In this document: positions 13,901 through 28,448 of the stretch, in pieces | How the letters are laid out: every line of letters begins with the position of its first letter | Numbering within the stretch: the first letter of the stretch is position 1 | Source: Tubulanus polymorphus | Lineage: Eukaryota > Animalia > Nemertea | Direction of reading: 5' to 3' | Length of the DNA stretch: 64,000 nt | Assembly: GCF_964204645.1 (NCBI RefSeq) | Contig: NC_134025.1 | Span: forward strand, 25,214,299 to 25,278,298 | The notes under the pieces: generated by a model | What the model saw: the letters and a program-made list of their open reading frames with translations, nothing else | What the model was told of the DNA's origin: nothing | Databases searched by the model: none | Position numbers and translations under genes: made by a program

Positions 13901-15431
13901 GGTCGAAACGGCGTTGTTTTCAAAATATATATTCTATATAATTTCTACTTCAAATAATTCAAATTTTTCTTTGTGCTTTTTGTTATCATACACTCTTAAC
14001 GCATCCGGTCTATGAAATCTGAAGTTTCTATTTTGATGTTACGTATTTGCCATAGCTGAAAATGAGAAGATAATCGAAGAGACGCCTGAAGAGGAAATAC
14101 CTGATGACGACTGTAAGAGAATATACGATGCGATGCAAGGTCTGGGGATAGATGAAGATATGATTGGAGAAATTCTCACCACGAAAAACTCAAAAGAACG
14201 CATGGAACTTAAAATGATCTACAAAGATAGATACAATCAGGTTTCACTATCACCAAGTTTTATTCATTCAACGTAGATTTTATCATTTCTTACACATTTA
14301 ACTTCTTTCAATATTCATTTCGCTCAGGATTTATTGGAAGACCTGAAAGCTGAACTTCCGAATAATTATGCAGAGTTGCTGACTGGATTACTAACAGAAT
14401 CCGACCGGTATATAATAAAAACTATCCATGATGAATTACGCGATGAGACTCAACTAATTGGAATCCTTTGCTCAAAAACATCCCAAGTAAGTAGACTAAC
14501 CAAAAAAACCTTATTCGAAACTTTGACAATACTTACACCTTTTTCTAAAGCTATCGATGCATTTTCATCATTTCAGAGGTTGAAAGTACTTATCAATAAA
14601 TACAATGAACAATTCAAAACAGATTTACTGAGTGATGTCAATAGAAATTCAAGTAAACTGTTAAGTAGCTTGTTAAGCAGTTGCATAGATTTCGGTGTAA
14701 AGTCTCGGTTTGATGAGGAAAAAGCAGAAAAAGACGCCGAAGAAATTTACGAGGTAAAATTCGAGCTTTATTAGAAGAATGTAAATTTTCATTTCGGTGA
14801 CTCAGGAATGAAACATTATTCCAATCGTCGATTGATTTATCTCCCACGATTTATCGTTTTTTGATTTTCCCCTGATAGGAACTGATGGAGGAAAATGTTG
14901 ATACTATCGCTAAAGTGCTATCCAGTCATAACGCCGAACAAGTAAAGGCGACATCTAACGCTTATGAAAACCTCACTGGCAACAGTATCGCTGATGAATT
15001 AGAAAAGACTTTCAATTCTTCTGAGAAGTCAGCATACGTAACTGTCCGTAAGTTATGCCGTTAAGGCCACAATTCATTTTTTCCTTGACAGATTACGGAA
15101 AAAGCAGCTCATCTATTTTTAGTCGAACTGATCGAAAACCAAAACGATTTCTTCGCCGATCAACTACATAGTGCTATACAGGAAGTTGGAAGCAAGCAAA
15201 GATTTGTACAAACAATAATCCAACACATGGATGTAAGTTAAGAAAAAGTAGTAAATGAAAAATAGTCCTTTCGATTCCTTGACTTGATTGTCACTCGAAT
15301 CTTTTTAGACTGATTTGTCCGCCATCGCAAGAAAATATGAAGAGAAATATGGCGAATCACTGAAGTCAGCAATAGGCGATGAAATAAACGGAGATTACGG
15401 CAAGATGCTGACAAGACTAATACAGAAATAA
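7927..15431 (+). CDS. CFAP97/KIAA1430-domain protein fused to two annexin cores (8 degenerate repeats), ~933 aa, 24 exons
   Basis: Exons 7927-8013, 8553-8633, 9062-9180, 10124-10232, 10474-10611, 11019-11123, 11199-11276, 11391-11454, 11691-11785, 11906-12031, 12107-12191, 12266-12348, 12488-12553, 12641-12742, 12898-12976, 13087-13196, 13405-13551, 13618-13822, 14056-14240, 14328-14486, 14577-14753, 14879-15047, 15123-15232, 15309-15431; all GT-AG and phase-compatible. N-terminus CNKYLARKW..YPHLEMRLKKIQMEEDR..SLNQPARQKALEKIVSENQRL is CFAP97D-like; annexin repeats include DCKRIYDAMQGLGIDEDMIGEILTT..DLLEDLKAEL and YEEKYGESLKSAIGDEINGDYGKMLTRLI; AATAAA at 15761. Confidence 0.82.
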
Positions 15432-16177
15432 CTTTTTGCCAACTCAATCCTGATATACGTTTTATGCTTGACTCAATTCGCTTTTGTACGAATTGTTGCA
15501 ATTCATATGCGCAATTGCGAGTTGCTTGTTATCGGTATAGGATAACACGTTATATTGTAAACAAACAGAAGTGCCAAAGTATAAGAAGATAAGTTTGTGT
15601 CAAAGTTGTTGCATATATTCGTTATACAAGTTTTATTCTAATTTGTTCACCGGACAAGCCTTGTTATGCCAGAGACTGGACCAATATTTTGCTACGCATT
15701 CAGTTTGTAATGTAGTTTTATTTTCATGAAGATCTCAGATGCATAATATGAGATTTCTACAATAAATTGAACTGAAATTTCAGCACATTTTGCAATTAAT
15801 TCATTTTGCTGTTACATCGAGAACATTTGCAAAGTATCAGGTATTTATCAATGTCGATATTATCATGTCACGAACATCATGGACTATGTGAAATGGTTTA
15901 ATTCTGCATTCTGGCAGTATCCTCTCAATTGGCTCTCCTAACCCCAAATACAGTATCCTCTTGTCACTGAACGTCAAGAAAAAAGGAACAACGAACTTAA
16001 ATTTTATATATCATTATAAAATAAGAAGAAATTTTATTCACACTAATTCACCTAAAAGAATAGAAAATATAATAAGCTTATAGATTTTTATGAAAATAAT
16101 TGGAATAATCAAACTGGGTTTTACTAGTTCTCATTAATTTCAAGCACCATTATACGTATGTTACTATGGATTGCAGC

Positions 16178-18221
<2,044 letters not shown>

Positions 18222-19244
18222 TCTTATAGTCCGTTCCTTTCAGTGACAACACTTTCCCGCGTCGTACCTGACTTTTTTTCTGAGGTATTCTAGTTCCTGG
18301 CAAAGTTATCCAGCTCTTATCTCGCGCTATTCCTGGTCATATGACGATAATTTGGGGCCAAGTTCCAAAACACCCAGAGTGAAACGAGCAGCCTGCGCTG
18401 CCGGAAGCGAAACCAGGAAGTAAATTTTCCGGTTAAATCCCATCCAGCATAGCCACAGTACTGTTGGTTCGAGCCCGGTGATATGCAATTTCTAAATTTT
18501 TTATATTCATTATATACAGTAATACATGATATGCGTAAATGATATACAGATTTTTAAATTCATGATATACAGTTAATGATTAGGGCATTTAATATTGGAT
18601 GTTCCATTGAATGTAAGGTACTTTTTCGCTATTTCTATTCATTAGCCGAATCGACCAGAATCACTCAGCCTTCATCATTTTAGTTTTACAACTCACTGAT
18701 TTCGAATACCCGTCGCACCGATCGCTTACTTCAAAAGAGAATCGACTTCATTTATTCAAGCATTCGCAAATAAAAGAGATGCATGTAAGACCGGTAGTTC
18801 TCTGGCTAACGATGTCTCAATCTTGCTAATTAGTCGGCTTAATTTGTAAAATTGACTGCAGTACCGAAACATGCATTAATGTTTTACACCAATACTGATC
18901 CCAGAACACAATTACCAACAACTACTGTTCATTCTGCAATCACTTAGGGTAATAAATATTAATTTAGCTAGATCATCATTCATCGATTGATAATGCCAGT
19001 ACTCGGGTTATTGACGTGGTACCGCATTGAAATCATTGCCTTTCCAGAAGGTAGTGAGGGAGTGATCGCTACCGCAAGAGATTTATTTAACGGTAACTGT
19101 CATCGCAATCAACACGTTTCGCGCAGAAGGTGCTTGACTTTCAAATTATACGCGTAACCAGACGGACGGGGACCTTCGCGAAAGTAGTTTTATTCCTTCT
19201 GATCTCTCTCTGAACTCGCACGACGGACACCTATCAAATCCACG

Positions 19245-22200
19245 ATGTCGGCAATTGAACAAACCGAAGTAGAAACGGAAAAGAGGCGATTGACATTCCA
19301 AAAAAGCTTCAGTTTAGAGGTAATTATTAAAAGTATACATTGCAACGAAGAATTTAAGAAGCAATGTAAATGAAGGCTATAATTATAAGTAAATGCATCA
19401 CTTTTTATAACTTTTCTTTCTATCTTTTCAACATCATTTAAACTTGCTTTTAAGCATTTAAACTTACTGTTTTCATTGTTTTGCAATTCTTGAGCGTGTT
19501 TTGAGTTTTAGTTTTAGAAGTCAGCGCACATTTTTCTCTGCACATTCTCTGTAAAAGCGAACGCGCTAGTTTATATCAGAATTGCTGTTTTAAACGTAAA
19601 CTTGGACGCATAACTATGGAATGAAGCTCTGTTGGCCACAACCTTCACACAAAGCATAATTAAGACGTACAATCTCACAATATTAAATTGACTAAAATAT
19701 TTATTAAAGAATTTATTAAAGATATTTCGGGTGCTTATTACCATCTCTCTTCACTCTAGTGAAATAGATAGAGAGTGAATATGAGATTAGACACGAATCA
19801 CCGCACAATACAAGCTGCAAGTTCAGCTGTAGACATATTTTCGAATAAATTTTTTGTAAAATTACTATTTTGTGATTTTACGCCTTATTACAACATTAAC
19901 ATCGCGGATATTGCGAATTAAGTGATCCCAGAGCGCATTGGCATTCTAATTAATGTTTCAATAAAAAGCGCAGCAATTTATCACTGTTTATGGTGACAAA
20001 AATGTCAGCCAGAATTTATCATTTTAATTCGGCGGATATTTTCCACCGAAAATGTGTACAGTAAAACAACAACCAAAATACACATTGCACGTTTTTACGT
20101 TTTCCACTCAACAAATCATCGGATGAAAGCCACTATTCGAGCTTTCGGTCAACAAATAGAACATATTGTTCCCTTCACGAGACAAAACTACGTTGATTCA
20201 TTTGCCCATTTTGCGGGGGAAAACGGCGCGCGCACTTTTTACGCGTATTCATTTCGCGTTTATACTAAAGATTAATTTCCACGCCGTGGATAGAAATAAC
20301 CATATCGATACGTGGCCATGGTTACACACTATTCAAATCTTCTTAAATCCACTTAAATCTTATGAGTTAAGATTAGAAATAGGATTGATGTGTTGCTTTT
20401 ACGATTATCCGCATTTGTGTATCACATTATGGTGTCAAAAGGCAAATTAAGCCGATACGTAAAATGAAGCTTCCGTCTTCTTAGAGGTACTCAGTTAACT
20501 GCCATATCCCACGATATAGAATGGTGTTCATTGAATATATACATCAACAACTCCCCAAATTCGGTGATAAATTCTATCAAAGGGTGGGCAACAAAAATAG
20601 GTTCATGTAATTCCATCAAAAATACATTAAAAGTTCATGTTGAACATTGGGAATTCCTCAACGCATAAACGTTTTGATACGCATTATCAATATTGTTTCC
20701 ACAACCATTTCAATGGATCTGTGGTTAATTAAGTTGTGGTAGATAGATTAAAAGCATTTTATCATCCTTTCTAATATTCATTACGTTCAATTCGGACAGA
20801 AATTGATGACATACGACGTCGTAAAAAATGTAATCATTTTCGGCTCCACGTGAAGGTATGCTAACGAACAAAATATAAGACCCCATTTTTCATCGATATG
20901 CAGCCCGTGGAGAGACCGACGACAGTTTCCTCCGAATAGAATAAATACCCAGTGACGTTTCGGAAATTAAGTCTCTTGTTATCGACGCACGGACTTCACA
21001 ACTCCCTTCAAGTTCAAACACAGCTCAGCCGGGGTAAACGTGTGACGGCACTGCGTCTAATTAATGCGTGTAATAGCCCAGATAAGAGAAACCATTTACA
21101 ATTTGCGACACCGTCGGCTGTCGTAAAATCGTACGAAATTTAAATGCCTTCGGGTGCGACAATTTTATATGAACGACCGATTAATATCATTAAGGCAGCG
21201 CGAAGAGACGAATATAGCTATGAATTTGTTATTTTCTAAGACTTAAGCTTAATATTCTTAGCCAGATTATCTGTATATTCCTTGATACATCTTTTTACAA
21301 AAGAAAGAAATGAGGGGAAATGGTGGCTTATATTCTTATCAAGTTCCCCATGTGTGTATTGCAAAAGTCTATTGAAGAAGACAACATTGTTTCCAGCTGG
21401 ATTCCAGAATTTAACCGTCTTCGATGACAAATGTAATAAATTCTCGGGTGAAAAGGGTACTTCATTTCAATTTTCCAATAAATTCAACGCGCGTAAACCT
21501 AACAGCAGACCACCTGTTCAGAAATAAATGCCACCGTAGCTTCATATTTCATTAGTAACATTTGAAGTAGAAAACATATTCCGCAAAGACGTTATATCTA
21601 TCTTATGAATCAAGATAAATTTTATAAATGAAAATCTATTTACAATGTAGAGCATTTTCAAATGATTTTTGGTATTACGTGGCTACAGTGATAAGAATTT
21701 GTTTGGTAATCTTGTCTTTCATAAATATCCAGTATCCATGATGTGTTGAAACACATATGACCACAGTTCCTCCACAGCAGGGGAAAGGTTTCCTAAATTT
21801 CCTAAAAGAATCGAAGTTGTTCACCTTTATGTAGAAGTTGTATACATGCGAGTACAGTTTCTCTAATCTGGATTTAACACTCCGCCCTCATCTTACTCCG
21901 CTCGGGCTACTATACGCCTTTTCCGTTTATGGCATTATTGTATTGGAAGTACTAGCAAAATCATTTTAAGATGAACGAATATATCGTCAAGTTCTGTTTG
22001 TTCTGTTTCATAAAGAAATTTGGCTCTGATGAAGCTATAGCAGAAAATCGGCGAGTTTTATTAAGAAGCACGCCGATTTTTCTTATCCCGCTTAACACGA
22101 ATACTTAATGCATTCAAGTATCCGCGCAGAATATCCTGAAGCGAATTCTGTCTAATTAGCGGACGAAAAGGTTTTTTATTATGAGTATAAGTGAGTCGTA

Positions 22201-25200
22201 CTGGTTGCCAAGTCACGGGGAAGAGGGCAAATCTGTTTTCACCTTTATTAATATCCTTTCAATGTCGGTTGGACGAGACGCCGTCTCCATTATATTTACC
22301 AAACCATACAGCAATATCCACTTACTATCCGTCAATTAACTGAAACTTTACGTAACATCGTCTTTTTTCGTTTAAACATTGCCTTCATAATGGATCGTTC
22401 TATCATAAATTATTAAGCTAGAAATCGAATTTTGATAAGATTTTCTTATAAAAAGAACGGAAAACCGCTGCTGAAGTCATCGGTTTTTTTTCGATGAAAA
22501 TGACGGATTAAGCATAGTATAACGGATTCCATCACGACATCAATGTATCCGCGGCTATTGACGAGTGGGATAAGTCTTAACAACTTATACTTTCGACACT
22601 AGTGAACGTTCGGTCATTTGGGAGCGAGTTGAATGATATATTTGCAAGAAGTTAATGGAATCTCAGATATGAGTGTACTCACACTATTTACAGAGCGGGG
22701 TACCATTTGCTTTCCATTTATGCTCTGATAATTGTCAAGAATAAATGATGAAACTATGGTCTCGTGTATGCGGGATGAAAATGCATAGACACGGTGACAA
22801 AATGAGCGTGTTACTGCAAATAACTAGATGGGCTTGTAAATAGTGTTATTTAAGATGTGATATGTATTCGTATCCAATGCTCCTTAGTTATATACACAAT
22901 TCTTACTAATTTAATGAAACAATGTTATGGTTCTTTTATGAACTGCTTTTAAAAGCTATTAATAAGATTTGATAGAGTTAGTTACCAATGAATCGTTTGA
23001 CAAAACAACAACGCGTGTAGATTGGAAAAAAACTTGAATGATATTCAACGGTTTTGCCCATAGCGTTTCACGAATTTTCAATGATAAATGAAAATGTAGA
23101 AATAATAAAAGCCAAAGTTTTAGACTTTATTTTTAAACTATTACAGCATGCTCAGCAATTCAAACACCGAAGTTTGATCGACGATGCAAAACTCGAAACA
23201 GCGTCGAATGTGGAATTCGAAAAATTGGAGCATCTTAGCATGTTCACGAAATCCCCGAGCTTCACGAAATCTCCGACGCTCTCGATATCGGAAGAAGGAT
23301 CTCAATGGCCTCTGCAAACCGAGGACATAGCCGATGACGATATATTCTGGGGCAAGAGTAAAGACGAGGAAATAAAGACGTGTAACTTAGTCGTTGGTCT
23401 CAAGGAGGGAATGCAAGTACTTCTTAAGGTGCTGAAGGAATTCGAGGTAAGATATATGTGACAATTCCATTGGTAAAGCTTTCATGGCGTGGGTGTAGGA
23501 AGATCTGAACACTTGCTTTGACCATAACTGTTTCAATAAGGTATCTATGTTAATCGATGTTACATATTTATACAAATGGAAAACTATTTAATAATTCAAT
23601 ATTGGAATGGCTGTTATATTATCCCCAATCTGAACTAGGCTATGCATTATTGCATGAGCTGATGTGTTAATGACCAGCAAAATATAGTAACTTTTTTCTT
23701 TCCATCTCCTCAACTGTATCGTTTACGCGTTTAATGAAAATTGTTGGCGACATGAATTCGCTTCTAGGCGCATCGAACGAAGGAAGTGACGTCACAAGGA
23801 ATTTCTGATTGCTTGTAGTACATTATTGTGATGGCTGATTGATCGAATCGTAGTTTGCTGGAACAGCAACTTTAATAGAAATAGTATAAATAGAATTTCT
23901 GTGTGACTAGTAAAGCATTTATTCATACCCAACATGAAAGGCCACTTCCATACTTCCGTCCATATTCAGCTATGAGCGTGTAGTACTAAATAGATTATTT
24001 TTCCGATTTAGGACATTAAATTTTTACGTTAATTTATGCTATGGTTTTATATAGATGTATAAATCTATAAGATATAATAAGATCCCGAGCTAATCCTTTA
24101 TAGCTTTCGTTCATTTTCCCGATTTAGATTGATAAAATAGAAAAAAATTAAACAAACGTTTCTTTGACAAATACAAGGTCTACAATTTTAGACTATGAGT
24201 GACAAAAATATTAAAATATATACAAAGTAACATAGCGGCGAATACCGAATATTTTAGCGATGTTTAACGTAGATTTCAACAATCTAATATTTGGAAAGGA
24301 TCGCCCGTCATGTTGTTGAAACCTACGGAATGCAGAATGTTTTTTACGTTTTTCATTCATTCAGAATTTGTAACACGTATGCCGTTAGTGTAAAAGGGTC
24401 CCAAAGCTGATTTGTATAATCCGAATTAATTTCAGTCACCGTCGTACAAGTTACACCACGTGGAATCGAGAAAGTGTCGTGATGACGAACATAATTTCGA
24501 GGTGTTTATCCAGTTTGATTCGACGAAGTCAGATCTGATCGCGCTGTTGAACAAATTGCGTCGAAGTTCGGCATTATCACACGTTACTCTGCTTCCAGAT
24601 TCTGAAACGGAATCAGAAGTACCCAAAGGTAAAGCAGGAGGAGATCTAGATGAAATGAAAAATGATTGCTAACGGGGTTTAATTTGGTTGCTCCATGAAA
24701 TATTTCGTGATACGGCACAATGACCACAGTGAAAGCGATGGTGGTGAATTCGAGCTCCTAAACACTGAGCATTATGAATAAGAATATAACATAATTATGC
24801 AATCATGAAATATGTAGAATAATGGACAACTTTTGATTTTATTTCCATCATAATGTTATTTGAATATTTCCAAATGCCTGAATTTCAGACATAATGTCAT
24901 TGAAATAGAAGTCGTAGTTAACATCATGTCACGTCACACAATAGCGAAAGTTAATCTAGAAATTCCAGTTACATAAACGGCATTCATCAATTATATACTT
25001 ATGAATATTATGCCGTAGATTCGAATGATGGCGTTCATTGTCCACTAATGAAACGTTATTCATTAAAGCTACTACCACATTCATTGTGTGAGACCAGCAT
25101 AAATTGTCAATCACTTCTGATTATGGCGCTTGACGGGAGCATTAGATTTATAGGGATTATAAAAACATCATATAAATAGTCAATAATCGTATCGCTAATG

Positions 25201-27032
25201 TTTCCTTACTGATACATGGAAATATATCATCTACGCCAAGTTTGATTTAGCTAATGGGTGTATTCTTCAATTTGTGTTTTTAGAACATTGGTTTCCAAAA
25301 TACATAGCCGATTTAGACGACTGCGTTCATCTTATTACAAAATTCGAACCGGAACTAGATACAGACCATCCGGTATGTGGCGATGTCTAAGCTCTATGTT
25401 TCGTGTTTTTTTATTTTCTAGTGAACTGATAAAAATGAGTACTCGTTTGAATTCTTATTGCAGGGATTCTGCGATCAAGAATACAGAAAGAGAAGAAAAG
25501 AAATTGCCGACATCGCATTTTGTTACAAATAGTAAGTCAAATTGGGGACACTGTGGCGTTCACTTGGAAGTGCATGAAGTTTTTGGGTAATAGTTATGAT
25601 CCGAATTATCTTCATTTTGTCAATTTCAGTGGGCTTCCAATTCCATCAACTACGTACGCACCAGATGAGATTGATACATGGTATGTGACGTGTATTATGC
25701 ATTGCATAAATATTTCTTACTTTCATTGAAAACTTGCATTTAAAAATATCTCATCATTGCTCTAGGGGACGCGTGTACAGAAAGCTTGTTTCCTTATTTC
25801 CTACCCATGCCTGTAAAGAACATATCGAGGTTTTCGAGCTGTTAGAAAAAGAATGTGGCTACAGCCCAGACAACATTCCGCAATTAGAGACTGTGTCAAA
25901 CTTTCTCAAGAGTAAGTGCCCGATTCTTGACAAATTTAACCCTAATGTCACAGACCGTTTTTCTTTACCTCTTCCCGCTTACTTATTTCAGAAAGAACTG
26001 GATTTCAACTACGTCCGGTTTCGGGATTATTATCAGCCCGAGATTTCTTAGCCAGCCTCGCATTTAGGGTGTTCCAATGTACGCAATATGTGCGCCACAG
26101 TTCTAGGCCATTCCATTCACCAGAACCGTACGTTCAGTAATATCCTTTCTTCAAATGTTTCCAACGAATAGAAATCAACAACATTTCATTCTATCGTCAC
26201 TCATTTTGCAGAGACTGCGTTCATGAATTACTTGGGCATATTCCTCTCTTAGCCGTTCCTAGTTTTGCCGAATTTTCCCAAGAGTTAGGTCTTGCCAGCC
26301 TTGGGGTATCGGACGAGGATATCGAAAAGTTCTCTACCGTAAGTTTATAAAAAAAAGAATATTCCAGCTTTCACGAGGGGTTTTTTCGTCGTTTTGAATT
26401 TCATTCTTGATGATTTCCAGCTGTATTGGTTCACCGTAGAATTCGGCCTCTGTAAACAAAATGGCGAAACACGGGCAATAGGGGCTGGTCTCCTATCATC
26501 GTTTGGTGAACTGGAGCACGCCCTCTCCGGGGTACCGGAAATAAAACCATTCGATCCAGTCACCACAGCAGTCCAAGAATACCAAGATCTCACTTATCAA
26601 CCCATATACTTCCTAGCTGAATCATTTGATTCGATGAAACAAAAGATGAGGTACGTATCTAGGAAGTACACACATGTGTATATAAAAAACATCTTTGTTT
26701 CCTGAGTTGTCTATTGTAAAATAACACATCTATTCCCAAGAATCGGAATATTTAGGATTTGAGTTAATTTTGAATGGATTCTTAGAGATTAGTTACATTG
26801 GTATGCATTTCTTTCTAGGGATTACGCCCAGTCCATCAACCGACCGTTTGAGGTGAGTTACGACCCGTTTACGCAGACGATTACCGTTCTATCGAATGAG
26901 CAGATCATTTCGCAGACGTTGGAAAAACTGCAAAAAGAAACCGGTCATTTGCGAAGAGTGATCGAACGTATGTCTTTGTTGTCACACGACAAAATCGTCG
27001 AAACGCATTCGAAAGTTGTGAATACAACATAA
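19245..27032 (+). CDS. TH: Tyrosine 3-monooxygenase (tyrosine hydroxylase); exon 1 19245-19319, exon 2 23147-23446, exon 3 24436-24628, catalytic exons 25284-27032
   Basis: FQKSFSLE|[18 protein letters not shown] resembles the invertebrate TH N-terminus; ACT domain (LHHVESR); [31 protein letters not shown]; TH-type Asp in YQDLTYQ (26586-26588). Confidence 0.93.
23782..23892 (+). promoter_or_regulatory. Intronic ETS-CRE composite site with a downstream TATA-like box in TH intron 2
   Basis: GGAAGTGACGTCA 23782-23794; TATAAATA 23885-23892. Confidence 0.45.
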
Positions 27033-28448
27033 ACGTAGATTTCTTACGGGCGAAATATCAAATATCATTTGCCAAGAAAAAATCATCCAAGCGTTAAGTG
27101 ATGTATAAAAGAGACAAATTTCAAACCTTCCTCTTTTTTTCTTTTTCTATACCAAATCTATGCGCATTCTGGAGCAATCGACCGAAAGGTAATATAGTTT
27201 TGACCTCACGAGGCTAAACTTTACCAGATTGATAGCTCTAGCGTGCGTAGGTAGCTTATTATCAGTATGATCCGGTCCTGTTTTCAGTTTTCAAGTATTT
27301 TCTCTCAGGAGAAAATGGGTTAGGATTTAGGTAACGGGTTTTTGTTTCCTCGATTTGTTTTTGTAGACAGTTTTATTATGTACATGTATTTCATTTTCAA
27401 AAAAGAAATTCTTTATCATATTAGAAGTACCGTAATATAATCGATCGATATCCCAGTTGTTAAAAAAAACTGCGAACAATTTCAAGTGACTAGTTGGTTG
27501 AAATATACTTTTTTTATTTTCAAAAAGAGTGTTTCATATACTATCAACATAACTTTCGCTGATGAACAAGAGAAGATTACTTATACAAATACGAAATATA
27601 CATGAAACAGTAAATTGTATACCTTTCTGTTAGATCTAGAATTTCAAATGTGTTGATATATACATGTTAAGAACTGTCCTTGTATTAGTTTCATCCATGT
27701 GTAGCAATATAATGCCAAACAATTACTACTGTCCTAGATATTTAATTATCATACGGAATTAGAAAAGAAAAAATACTTCATTAAATGTTAAGCATTGATG
27801 TATCACGTGATAATCATTTGTTCAATAAACAATTACGAAAAATACTCATGGTCAATAATGTTGTTTCTATGGGAATATCTGTCACCAAGACCAACTTTAA
27901 TCGTAACATTCCATCTCCAGAGGCTATGGGGCAATCCGAGAAGAAATGTTGGCTGTCTTAAAAACAACAAAAACAATCCAGAGATTGTGGCGATAGGCAG
28001 GACATGCAGACCACTTGCACGCTACACATTTTTAACACAAGGTGGCATCCTATTGACAGGTTTCTTTAATATTTCCGATGAGCATAGTTACGTATTGCAC
28101 AAAATACATTGCCCGACTTTCCACAGCCATCGATATCACACAAAGCAACCTCGTACTGTAAAACCAATTTAAATGAAATATTCTTGATAACTTGATATTC
28201 CAACAATAGAATTTCATTATTTCAAATACACTTATCCCAAGAAATGTTATTTAAAATTGGATTAAAGTTTATCTACAACACAGAATATACAAGAAAAATG
28301 GGCATAACTCATCATTTTCCGAATACATATACCGGTATACATATATCAGTCTGGCATGCTTGAGATTTGTCATTCATGAATTCCAATGAGGAAGAAATTA
28401 TTACCATGCATAAATATTATCTTACTTCCAAATCATACAATCCATATT

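Noticed and set aside
22026-22056. Hammerhead motif CTGATGAAGCTATAGCAGAAA in TH intron 1
   Set aside because: Stem II is too short and misregistered, and stems I and III are not evident; could be chance
19245-27032. Phenylalanine or tryptophan hydroxylase
   Set aside because: The N-terminal SLIDDA motif and the Asp in YQDLTYQ are TH-type
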